Shown here: positions 1-8,563 of the stretch, piece after piece | How positions within the stretch are numbered: position 1 is the first letter of the stretch | Layout of the letters: every line of letters starts with the position of its first letter | NCBI GenBank assembly: GCA_965242925.1 | Contig: CBDEUM010000022.1 | Span: 1 to 64,000, forward strand | Length of the DNA: 64,000 nucleotides | Source: Roseibacillus sp. | GTDB lineage: Bacteria > Verrucomicrobiota > Verrucomicrobiia > Verrucomicrobiales > Akkermansiaceae | Reading direction: 5' to 3' | Program-made: the position numbers and the translations under genes | Notes under the pieces: model-generated | Told to the model about the DNA's origin: nothing | The model's input: the letters and a program-made list of their open reading frames with translations, nothing else | Database searches by the model: none

Positions 1-403
1 TGAACTGGTCGAGGGAGATCGAATTCCTGAGCCCGGTGGCACCAAGGCTGAGCTCCTCCCCGGTCAGAAAAGTATCTCCACTGTCATGCCCGCCAATCCG
101 ACGCACCTTGGGATGGGAAAGCCCGCCCAGAACCGTGACCTGGTCACGAAAGGGCTCCAGCACCTCGAGGGATTTATTGAAGGTGAAGTCCCTGCCCGAA
201 CCCTTGGGAAACCAGTTCCACTGGCCATATTCCCCATCCTGTTTGGGCAGGCTCACTCCATAAGGAAAATAGATGGAGCAGAATCTCCTTGGCGGCGACT
301 TCGTCCGGGGCCCCGCAAGGGACTCCATCCAGGGCAGGGCAAGCGAGATGCCCGCGGCCTTGAGCATGGTCCTGCGATTCATCTGGTAGGTGTTCTTGCT
401 CAT
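1..403 (-). CDS. DUF1552 family protein, N-terminal part (runs off the window)
   Basis: Not in the ORF track. Manual translation from ATG at 403: MSKNTYQMNRRTMLKAAGISLALPWMESLA...RRFCSIYFPYGVS...SLEVLEPFRDQVTVLGGLSHP...GHDSGDTFLTG...NSISLDQF, with a twin-Arg-like leader and DUF1552-type motifs. AGAAAGGAGA RBS upstream; follows the DUF1592 gene as usual. Confidence 0.88.
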   Translation of the reverse strand, partial: MSKNTYQMNRRTMLKAAGISLALPWMESLAGPRTKSPPRRFCSIYFPYGVSLPKQDGEYGQWNWFPKGSGRDFTFNKSLEVLEPFRDQVTVLGGLSHPKVRRIGGHDSGDTFLTGEELSLGATGLRNSISLDQF

Positions 404-451
404 CAGTGGATCTCCTTTCTGGCTCTCGATATATATCAGGAACGCCGCCCG

Positions 452-2872
452 TTATCGCGACAAAAAAGGTTGGCTTGTAACAATATCCGCCATCAGGGAA
501 GGGAGTCGATAGCCGTCCCTCGCGAAGGATTCACTTAATTCCTCGATCAGTGGTGAGTCTCGCAGTTCAACGCTGCGACCCAGTGCATAGATGAATATTT
601 TCGTGACGAGGGCCCGGACGAACTGGTCACGCCTTTCTGTCAGGAGATACTTCTGGAGGTCGCCCAGCCCACCTGCCGGATAGTTGCCGGGCAACACCGT
701 ATCGGTGGAGACAGGTTTCTTGCGACGGGCTGTTTTCTCCCTTGGCAACCCGATCGCGTCGAAGCGTTCCAAGGCGATGCCCCATGGATCGATGTTCCGA
801 TGACAATCCGCACATGCCTCTTTCTCCCGATGCACCTCCATCTGCTCACGGATGGAGAGCTTTTCGAAATTGGGCACACTTTTTTCCACACTGGGAACAT
901 CAGGTGGAGGAGGATTGGGCGGATCGTGCAGGAGATGTTCCCTGATCCAGACCGCCCGCTTGATGGGATGAGAATCGGCTCCATCCGATCCTGCCAGGTG
1001 AGTGGAAGCATGACCGAGCACCCCGCCGGGCCTGTCGGTGCCATGCAGGGAAACACGTTCAAAATTCTGGGATCTGGGCCCTTTCAACCCGTAGTGTTTC
1101 GCCAACCTGGCGTTGAGCATGGTGAAGTCGGCATCCAGAAACTGCAGGGCCGAGGTATTGCTGCGAAGGATCTCCCGGAAAAAGGCCTGGGTCTCAGCGA
1201 TCATGTCCGGCTTCAGGGCATTGTCGAAATCCTTGTAGTATTGCGGGTTGACGGCCACCCGGTCCACCCCCTCGAGGTCGAGCCACTGCATGCTGAATTG
1301 CCCGGCAAACCGGTCAGCCTTATCATCGGCAAGCATCCGCGCGAACTGTTCCCTGAGAACCTTGGATTCCAGCAGGCGCCCGGAATCAGCCAGGGCGGAG
1401 AGCTCCTCGTCCGGCATCGAACTCCACAGGAAGTAGGACAGGCGGGTGGCTAATTCGTGCGCATTGAGCTTTCTGGGCTGATCGGACCTGAAGGGTTCAC
1501 TGAGATACAGGAAGTGAGAGGAGGCCAGGGCCGCAGACAAGGTTTCCCTGAGGGCCAAGACAGGCGTGTCCGCCTGCTTGCGCATCCTTTCATAGTGCGC
1601 CAGCCACTTGTTTACTTCATCCCCGTTGGCCGGTCGTCGCCAGGCCCGCCGAAGGAAACGGGCCAGTATCTTCTCGAGCGCCTGCGGATCGGACAGCTCC
1701 TCCCCTTCGCGAATGATTCTCCGGTGTGGCGGTGGAGGCCAGGAAGGATAATCGTTACGGATGATCTCAACCGACTCGATGATGATGCGGGGAAAATCAG
1801 GGTCCTCGGGGAAGACCTTGACCTTCTTTTTCCTGATCTTTCCTTTCTTGTCTTTCTCCTCAATCACCTTGTTGACGGCCTGGGCAGGTGGCTCGCCATC
1901 GTCGAGGGCGTTTTGCAGGGTGATGATTCCGTTGAGCTTGCTGCCTGGCACATGGGCTTCGGGGAGGGGGAAAAACTCGGGCCATCCGGAAATTTCATAA
2001 TACTCCGGAGTGCTCGAGGTAACCGCAGCCTCTCCGGCATCACCCATGATGTTGAGGTTTAATCCCGAAACGAAATACCCGTATTGGGCAGAGAGGATGG
2101 GGGTTGGCTGGCCGGGCTTGCGATCCGTGTAGGCCTTCACGCGTATACTGAACCTGCCTGTCCGGGGCAGATCCTTGAAGGACCCGTGCCAGAAGTTCAC
2201 TCGCCCCAGACGCTCGGAGGAATCTCCGGCAAAACGCCTGCTGTTGGGGCCTTTCATGCGGCCTTTGTTTCTATCAAGAACCGTGACTTTCCTTTCCCCC
2301 TGTTCTCCTTCCACGAGCACGAAATCCAGGGCCTGCCGGGCGATCTTGAGATAATTCTCGATCTGCAGGGCAGTCATGCCCAGGGAAGCGCCGTTGTTCT
2401 TGAACCCTTCCGGGGACCGGGCATCGGACGGCAGGTCCTTGCTGTAATCCATCTCCAGGCCCAACAGGTCTGTCATGGTGTACTGATACTCGACCCGGTT
2501 GAGCTGGCGCATCACCACTTGTCCGCCGGTGGCGTGCTGGGCCTCAGCCGCTCGACGCAATTCACTGGTTAACCACCCAACGAGCTTGCGGCGCTCCCCC
2601 GCTGATAATTGTGGCTCGTCCTCGGGCGGCATTTCACCGCGGTTGAGCATGTTCAGGGCATCGTGCCAGGTCTCGGCGGCATTCCCGTTCACCATGTCCG
2701 GATCCAGCACATCGAGCCTGATCTTCCCCTTCTGCTTTTCAGGCCCGTGGCAACCAAAGCAATGCTGTTCCAGTAGCGGTCGCACGTCTTCCTGGAAGAC
2801 ATCCCTGCCAGTTACAGTGGATGGCAGAAGGAGTAACGTGATGAGGCGTATGATCATTTCCATCAAGGGCAA
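452..2872 (-). CDS. Planctomycete cytochrome c / DUF1587-DUF1595-DUF1592-DUF1588-DUF1585 domain protein
   Basis: Signal peptide, CFGCH and CADCH heme motifs, MRQLNRVEYQYT, LNAHELATRLSYFLWSSMPDEEL, SHPIKRAVWIRE, IDPWGIALERFDAIG. True start may be 2863 or 2857. Confidence 0.92.
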   Translation of the reverse strand: MPLMEMIIRLITLLLLPSTVTGRDVFQEDVRPLLEQHCFGCHGPEKQKGKIRLDVLDPDMVNGNAAETWHDALNMLNRGEMPPEDEPQLSAGERRKLVGWLTSELRRAAEAQHATGGQVVMRQLNRVEYQYTMTDLLGLEMDYSKDLPSDARSPEGFKNNGASLGMTALQIENYLKIARQALDFVLVEGEQGERKVTVLDRNKGRMKGPNSRRFAGDSSERLGRVNFWHGSFKDLPRTGRFSIRVKAYTDRKPGQPTPILSAQYGYFVSGLNLNIMGDAGEAAVTSSTPEYYEISGWPEFFPLPEAHVPGSKLNGIITLQNALDDGEPPAQAVNKVIEEKDKKGKIRKKKVKVFPEDPDFPRIIIESVEIIRNDYPSWPPPPHRRIIREGEELSDPQALEKILARFLRRAWRRPANGDEVNKWLAHYERMRKQADTPVLALRETLSAALASSHFLYLSEPFRSDQPRKLNAHELATRLSYFLWSSMPDEELSALADSGRLLESKVLREQFARMLADDKADRFAGQFSMQWLDLEGVDRVAVNPQYYKDFDNALKPDMIAETQAFFREILRSNTSALQFLDADFTMLNARLAKHYGLKGPRSQNFERVSLHGTDRPGGVLGHASTHLAGSDGADSHPIKRAVWIREHLLHDPPNPPPPDVPSVEKSVPNFEKLSIREQMEVHREKEACADCHRNIDPWGIALERFDAIGLPREKTARRKKPVSTDTVLPGNYPAGGLGDLQKYLLTERRDQFVRALVTKIFIYALGRSVELRDSPLIEELSESFARDGYRLPSLMADIVTSQPFLSR

Positions 2873-2920
2873 CAGCGTTTATCTGCGGGCATATTCACCC
2901 GTCCTGGCTTCGGAAAGACA

Positions 2921-3533
2921 TTACCCGCTTTTATCAGGCAACTCCACAATAGTAATGTTTCTCAACTGTACCGGGGAGCCGTGACCACAGAAACAGATGT
3001 GTCCACTGCGCCTCTTGACCCCCTTGTGTTTTGGATTCTTTTTCTCAAGTTCATCCAGGTTGGCCTCGGTGATCTTTGTGCCGTTCAACTCTACCACTAC
3101 CAGGGGGCCGTTGACGGTGACCTTCTGGTGATTCCATTTTCCAACAGGCTTGAGGAAGCCGCGCCTGGCCGCCTTCAGCTTGTAGATCGGATCCGTGATA
3201 CTGCGAGTCCTTCAGCTTGGCATATTTCGGGTGACTGTTGTCCAGGATCTGCAATTCCATGCCTGCGGAGGCTGGTCTGCCCATGCCCGGGTAATGAATA
3301 CCGAGACCGTTGTTGCCGTGTGGAGGCAGGAGGAAGTCAAACTCGAAGACATAGTTACGGTACTGCTTCTTGCTCACCAGGTTCCTGCCCTGGCAGATGA
3401 TGACACCGTCCTTGACCTCGTAGGCAGCCCCTGTCCATCCGGTCAGGTCCCGACCGTTAAAAAGGCTGACGGCCTGCTGTGCGCCTGAGGGAGCGGCCCA
3501 GGCCAATAGAATTACGATGAGCAGGGTTTTCAT
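2921..3533 (-). CDS. DUF1080 (3-keto-disaccharide hydrolase-like) protein with one frameshift near 3189
   Basis: SLFNGRDLTGW, GNNGLGIH, MELQILDN, QYHGS. Removing one base at about 3189 continues IYKLKAARRGFLKPVGKWNHQKVTVNG...GHICFCGHGSPVQLRNITIVEL to TAA at 2921 (203 aa). Confidence 0.85.
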
Positions 3534-3606
3534 TATCTACTTTTAAGTATGATTTGAATTGTGAGGTGTGGCCCCAGTTCTTCTTTGCCCAATGGAGAGA
3601 ATAAAT

Positions 3607-3635
3607 TGGTCGGGATGACAGGATTCAACCTACGG
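3607..3635 (-). other. 3' fragment of a tRNA-Pro-like gene (T-arm, 3' acceptor strand, CCA); att-like remnant, not a complete tRNA
   Basis: The minus strand reads CGTAGGTT-GAATCCTGTCATCCCGACCA, matching the common tRNA-Pro 3' end GGTTCGAATCCTGTCATCCCGACCA with one C missing. No 5' half is present. Confidence 0.7.
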
Positions 3636-3696
3636 CTTCCTGGAAGACATTCTTGCCGATTACCGTGGAAGGCAGAAGAAACAGGGTAATCATTTC
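3636..3696 (-). pseudogene. Diverged duplicate of the 5' end of the DUF1592 gene (direct repeat of 2788-2860)
   Basis: CTTCCTGGAAGACAT is identical at 2788 and 3636 and similarity continues. It encodes EMITLFLLPSTVIGKNVFQEAV versus EMIIRLITLLLLPSTVTGRDVFQEDV in the intact gene. Confidence 0.75.
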
Positions 3697-3797
3697 AATT
3701 CGGAAACAACCCGATAACCCTCTGGACAACAACATTAGCAGCACGGCAATGAGTCCTCCCTGGCACCCCCGGCCAGACCTGGTTTCGCCCCTCCTCA

Positions 3798-6700
3798 TTA
3801 TTCCTGCACCGGCTTCACCCCGAGGGTGATCAGGAACGTCATCAGGTCAACCAGTTCATCCCGGCGCAGGGAGGAGGTCAGGCCCGGCGGCATGAGGGAC
3901 ACCGGGCTGGTATCGACCTTGGTCACTTCCCCGGACGGGATAGAGACCACTTTGCCTGAGGGATCCCTCACCAGCACGGAGGTGTCCGTCTTACGCTGCA
4001 GCAATCCGCTCACCACGGTCTGGTCCTTGCGGGTCACCACCACCGTTTCGTAACCCTGCTTGATGTCGGTGCTGGGGTTGAGGAGCGACTCCAGGATCGA
4101 CTCCGGGGTCATGTAGGTTCCCACCGTGCTGAGGTCCGGACCCAGCTTTCCACCCTTTCCGTTGACGAGGTGACAGGTCGTGCAGGCCATCGCGGTGCGC
4201 TGGTAGATCTGCTCACCCCGCTGCGCCGACCCGCTGGCCTGGACGTCCGCAATCAGCTTACGACGGTCCCCGGGGCTCATGTTGGAAGAGACCGGTTTGA
4301 GTCCCCCCGCCTTGTTAAGGGCGACCAGAAGATCCGGGACATTACGACCGGAGGCGGAAGCACTACGGTTGGCCGCCAGCGCAATCGACTCCTTGAGCCT
4401 GCTCTCCTGCAGGGCCTTGGTAAGCAGCTCCGGGCCTTCCGGACGACTGAGAAAGGCTTCCACGAGTACGACGGCGAGGACCGGATCCTCAAGGGCGGCG
4501 AGAAGTTGGACCGCCTTGGCGGCATTGGCAGACGGGTTGACCCGGGCTGCGGCCGCGACCGCGGCCACCTGCTGCAACGGATCCTGTCCCACGCCGGAAA
4601 GCTGCCCGAGTCGGGTGGTGGCCCCGATTCCGGCGAGAGCTCCTGCCATGGCCTGGGCCTCCTCGATCGTCTTTGCCCTGCTCGCTCCCTTCACCAGAAG
4701 ATCCTCCGCCGCATTGACCTTCCAGACCCCACAGAGATCGGCCGCCGCAATGCGTACATCTGCAACCTTCGAATTCAGGAACATCATGGCCCGGCTCTTC
4801 AACGGGGGCTCCTTACGGTTGTAGTCGACCCCCTGCGCAATGGCCGGCAGCCAGGCTGGATTATCCTGTGCCTTCTGCAGCAGCGACCCAACCTGCTCGG
4901 GCGAACCGAGCGAAGCCACGGTGGTGACTGCGTTGTCGAGCGCCTCGCCCTTCAGTTCGCCCTTCGAAATGACTTCCACCAGCCCATCGATGGCCCGCTT
5001 GTCCTTCACCTTGTTCAGGGCATAGGAAAGGCTGTTGGCATCACCACCAAAAACCTTTTTCCCGGCCTGCATGGCCGGCAACCAGGCATCGCGGGTATCG
5101 CGCACGGCCATCTCAAGGGCAAAATCGAGATTGAGGTCGATCTCATGATCAAGGGCCCCGAGGACGACGTCGGTCGCCTCCTTGGTCCCCAGTTCGCGCA
5201 GCGCACAGACGGTAGCCAGTCGCACCCGCGGATGGTCATCGTGCACCGATGCAGCGAGATGATCCAGTCCCTCTGCCGTTCTGCCCACCGCCCGCACAGC
5301 CGCCGCCCGGATCCGCGGATCCGCTGAGCGCAGGGGAGCGGCCTCCAGTCCATCGCTCTTCAGGTTGAGTGCAATTGCCAGCCAGAATGCCTCCAGTAGA
5401 TGGTGATCGTGGTTGGGGTCCTTGGCATCGAGAGTCCTGACCCAGGCCTCAATGTCCGTACGGGCAACCTTCCGCCGGACCAGTTCCCGGTTAGCCTGGG
5501 TGCGGGTGTACTGCTCGGGAGACGTCAGGTGGGTGAAAAGTTCCTCCCGGGTGGCCTCCGCAATGACCGGCCAGTCCAGCAAGGGCTGGTCGATAGCGGT
5601 CAGGCGCCAGATCCGGCCATGGGACTTGTCCCGGAGGGGATGATGAAAGTCCACCTCCCCGTGGTCGATAATGGGATTGTACCAGTCCACGATATAGACC
5701 GCCCCGTCAGGGCCCATCTTGATATCCACCGGGCGATAGGATCGGTGACTGGAGTGCAGGACGGTCTCCACCTCCTGCGACTTGAAGCCACTCCCACTTT
5801 CCTCGATCGAGTAACGCACCGTCCGGTTGGCCCGGAAGTCGTTGCCGAGCATGCTCCCGTGCCAGCGCGACGGAATGTGGCGCCCGGTCATGAATTCCGC
5901 GCCCGTGTTCTTGGGCTTGCCCGGAACAAGTCCCCGCAGCACCCGTGGAGCGCCCACCGCGGTCCCAAAGGCGGATCCCGGAAAGAGGTCGTGCGGTCCC
6001 TGCCCACCCGCGCCGTCAGTGCCGAAACTGTTGCCATGGTAATCGAGGGCGTGCCCCCAGGGATTGACCCGCCCGCGGGAGAAAACATCAATCCGCTCGG
6101 TCTCGGGACGGAAGCGCCAGACCCCGCTGCCGTTCAGTCGCCGCGGACCGTGAACGGTCTCAATGAAGCTGTTGATGTAGATCGACTGCGTGAAGAACAT
6201 GTCACCCCACGGCGACCAGCGCAGGCCGTGGATCATGTGGTGCACGTCCGCATTGCCGAAACCGGAGAAGATCACATGCTTCTCGTCCGCGCGGTCGTCC
6301 CCGTCGTGGTCGGCAAGGAAGAGGACCTCGGTCGTGCTGCAGACGTAAGCTCCTCCTTCCACCGGCATGACGGAATGCGGAACCGTGAGGCCTTCCGCAA
6401 AGACGGTGTGCTTGTCGGCCACCCCGTCCCGGTCGGTATCCTCCAGGATCACGATCCGATCATTCGGGATCCGTCCGGGCTTGATGTGGGGGTAGGTCGA
6501 GGAGGTCGACACCCAGGCCCGGTTGTGCCGGTCCCAGTTCATGTTGATGGGATTGAAGATGACCGGGTTCCGGGCCCAGAGATTGACCTTGAACCCTTCC
6601 GCAACCTTGAAGGCCTTGAGCTCGGCTGCCACGTCGGGAGCCGGGATGTCCCGGGGCACTTCGTGGTCCGGGTAGTTCCGCGGGGGCTTCCACTCCCTTG

Positions 6701-8183
6701 AATCCTCGTGCTCGTAACGGTACTGACGCGGCCCCCGCAGGTTGGCAATGGCCTGCTCCTTTCCCTTCACCAGTTCGTCGAAGTCCTTCATCTCGTAGGC
6801 GAGGTGCCCCATCTCATGACGCCGGAAGAGGAAGATGTAGGCCTTGTTGATGGGGTTGAGCTTGTAGCGGTGCAGCTTGTTTTTCTCGATGATGACGTCC
6901 CTCAGCTTGCTCGACTGTTCATAATCGGGTCCTGAACGGACCGCGCCGTCCCGGGCGTCGACCACGACTTCCTCCCCATCGATCCAGATACGGGTCGTAC
7001 CTTTTCCAGCTAAAGCCACTGGCGCATGGAGGAGGGACGGCAACTGGTGCAGGGCAAGATCATAGCGAACCCCCAGGCGCGTGCGTTCAAGGTTCACGGG
7101 AGTCCCGCGCAGGGGTTCCGTGGCCACGCTCTCAAGCCCCAGCTTCTGTCCCACATGGGCGGCCAACCTGCGGTAGCCATCCCCATTGAGATGGAGCCCG
7201 TTCTGGTAAAAGGAAGCCGCCTCCTTCCCGAAGGGGCTCTCGCTCAGCAGGTCGATGGCAAGGTGACCGCGCTCCTTGCCGAGGGCCAGGATGAAGGCGG
7301 ATGCCTTTGCCAATCTTGCATTATGAACGTCCGCCTGATCTGCGGTGAGAACGGCCCCACTCGGAACCTGTGCAATCGGAGTGAGCAGGATCAGCCTGGC
7401 CCCGGTCTTCTCCAGCTCCTCCACCAGGCCCCGGTAGCCGGCTTCGAAGAAGGCCATCTTCTCCCCGGTATCCGCAAAGGCGGCCTCGGCGCCGTAACCG
7501 ATCATGATGGTAGAGGGCTGGGTCTCCGCCAGTTGACCCTTCAACTTCTCGAACCCGAATCCGGTCTGCCCCTTGGGCGGCTGCCATGACCGTGTGTTAT
7601 GAGCTGATCCAAACTCGCTGCGGGCGGTCCCGAACACGTCGTCGGCCGGCCACCCAAGATTGCGGAAGCTGATGTCATGACCCGGCCAGTTCACCGTGAT
7701 GGCGTGCTCAAGGTAGCTGTGCTTGTCCATCCGCGAGACGAGGGTTCCGCCGACGAGGACCACCTGGTTGCGACCGGTTTCCTCCCTGTCTGGCACCTTG
7801 AGCTCCTGCGATTCGCTCCAGGGGCCAGCTTCCTCCTTCTCATTAAAGCCCCGGACTTTCCACCACACGGTGGTTCCACTGGAGAGGGCCTGCCCGCGAT
7901 AACGCACCGGAGGCGATCCCTCCCCGACCCAGTCTGAAAATGGCATGCCGCGTCCGCTGTCCCACAGGTCTCCCACCTCCGCGGCCAACCGGGCCTGGTT
8001 GCTGGCCACGAGGACCCGCCAGGACTGGAATCCTTCTCCCTTCCAGGACAGGCCATACTCGTTGAGATGCAGTCCGATTTTGTTCGGAAGCGCATTCGCC
8101 TTCAGGTCGGTCGGGGCCACCGGGACAGCCAGGGCCAATGATCCCGACGCCCCAAGACACGCAAGAGAGAGGATGGGCTTCAT
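3798..8183 (-). CDS. PVC-type heme-binding CxxCH protein (FN3-like + SGNH-like + beta-propeller dehydrogenase-like + HEAT repeats + cytochrome c)
   Basis: Signal peptide; LWDSG/YRGQAL..WWKVR FN3-like region as in rhamnosidase N-termini; FRNLGWPAD SGNH-like block; AFKVAEGFKVNLWA..NPINMNWD, DRIVILEDTDRDGVADK, RPVDIKMGPDGAVYIVDWYNPIIDH; HEAT-like repeats; CTTCH...GPDLS...ESLLNPS...SLMPPGL. Confidence 0.92.
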   Translation of the reverse strand: MKPILSLACLGASGSLALAVPVAPTDLKANALPNKIGLHLNEYGLSWKGEGFQSWRVLVASNQARLAAEVGDLWDSGRGMPFSDWVGEGSPPVRYRGQALSSGTTVWWKVRGFNEKEEAGPWSESQELKVPDREETGRNQVVLVGGTLVSRMDKHSYLEHAITVNWPGHDISFRNLGWPADDVFGTARSEFGSAHNTRSWQPPKGQTGFGFEKLKGQLAETQPSTIMIGYGAEAAFADTGEKMAFFEAGYRGLVEELEKTGARLILLTPIAQVPSGAVLTADQADVHNARLAKASAFILALGKERGHLAIDLLSESPFGKEAASFYQNGLHLNGDGYRRLAAHVGQKLGLESVATEPLRGTPVNLERTRLGVRYDLALHQLPSLLHAPVALAGKGTTRIWIDGEEVVVDARDGAVRSGPDYEQSSKLRDVIIEKNKLHRYKLNPINKAYIFLFRRHEMGHLAYEMKDFDELVKGKEQAIANLRGPRQYRYEHEDSREWKPPRNYPDHEVPRDIPAPDVAAELKAFKVAEGFKVNLWARNPVIFNPINMNWDRHNRAWVSTSSTYPHIKPGRIPNDRIVILEDTDRDGVADKHTVFAEGLTVPHSVMPVEGGAYVCSTTEVLFLADHDGDDRADEKHVIFSGFGNADVHHMIHGLRWSPWGDMFFTQSIYINSFIETVHGPRRLNGSGVWRFRPETERIDVFSRGRVNPWGHALDYHGNSFGTDGAGGQGPHDLFPGSAFGTAVGAPRVLRGLVPGKPKNTGAEFMTGRHIPSRWHGSMLGNDFRANRTVRYSIEESGSGFKSQEVETVLHSSHRSYRPVDIKMGPDGAVYIVDWYNPIIDHGEVDFHHPLRDKSHGRIWRLTAIDQPLLDWPVIAEATREELFTHLTSPEQYTRTQANRELVRRKVARTDIEAWVRTLDAKDPNHDHHLLEAFWLAIALNLKSDGLEAAPLRSADPRIRAAAVRAVGRTAEGLDHLAASVHDDHPRVRLATVCALRELGTKEATDVVLGALDHEIDLNLDFALEMAVRDTRDAWLPAMQAGKKVFGGDANSLSYALNKVKDKRAIDGLVEVISKGELKGEALDNAVTTVASLGSPEQVGSLLQKAQDNPAWLPAIAQGVDYNRKEPPLKSRAMMFLNSKVADVRIAAADLCGVWKVNAAEDLLVKGASRAKTIEEAQAMAGALAGIGATTRLGQLSGVGQDPLQQVAAVAAAARVNPSANAAKAVQLLAALEDPVLAVVLVEAFLSRPEGPELLTKALQESRLKESIALAANRSASASGRNVPDLLVALNKAGGLKPVSSNMSPGDRRKLIADVQASGSAQRGEQIYQRTAMACTTCHLVNGKGGKLGPDLSTVGTYMTPESILESLLNPSTDIKQGYETVVVTRKDQTVVSGLLQRKTDTSVLVRDPSGKVVSIPSGEVTKVDTSPVSLMPPGLTSSLRRDELVDLMTFLITLGVKPVQE

Positions 8184-8302
8184 GGGGGTCAGTTAAGAAG
8201 AGCTCTGGGGGCATGAAAAGCCCTCTTCTCCTCAAATGTGCCCGGTTGGGGACAAACCCGGAAGAGAGGACTGACAAGGGAGCTCTCTTCCCTCATCCTC
8301 CC

Positions 8303-8519
8303 TGCAGCAACATCATCACCCCCCTTCAACCCCTACGTCGTCATCATCCTGGTCTTCATGCAGAAGGACATGCCCAAGGGCGGGATCGGAACCCTGATCG
8401 CCCTCATGCTTCCCTACGCCCTGGTCATCGCAGTGGTGTGGACCGGTCTGCTCGTCCTCTGGATGTCCACCGGGATGGACCTCGGACCGCAAGGGCCGCT
8501 CTGGCACAGCCAACAGTGA
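8303..8519 (+). pseudogene. abgT: C-terminal remnant of an AbgT-family (p-aminobenzoyl-glutamate) transporter
   Basis: CSNIITP (frameshift near 8325) NPYVVIILVFMQKDMPKGGIGTLIALMLPYALVIAVVWTGLLVLWMSTGMDLGP matches the AbgT C-terminus (TNIITP..PY...GIGTL...MLPY...LGP). The upstream body of the gene is absent. Confidence 0.8.
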
Positions 8520-8563
8520 CACGGTTCCCTTGATCTCACTACTGGCCCTACCCCGGAGAACAG

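Noticed and set aside
3607..3680. Complete tRNA gene
   Set aside because: Only the T-arm and 3' acceptor strand are present; the sequence that should be the 5' half is the DUF1592-like stub.
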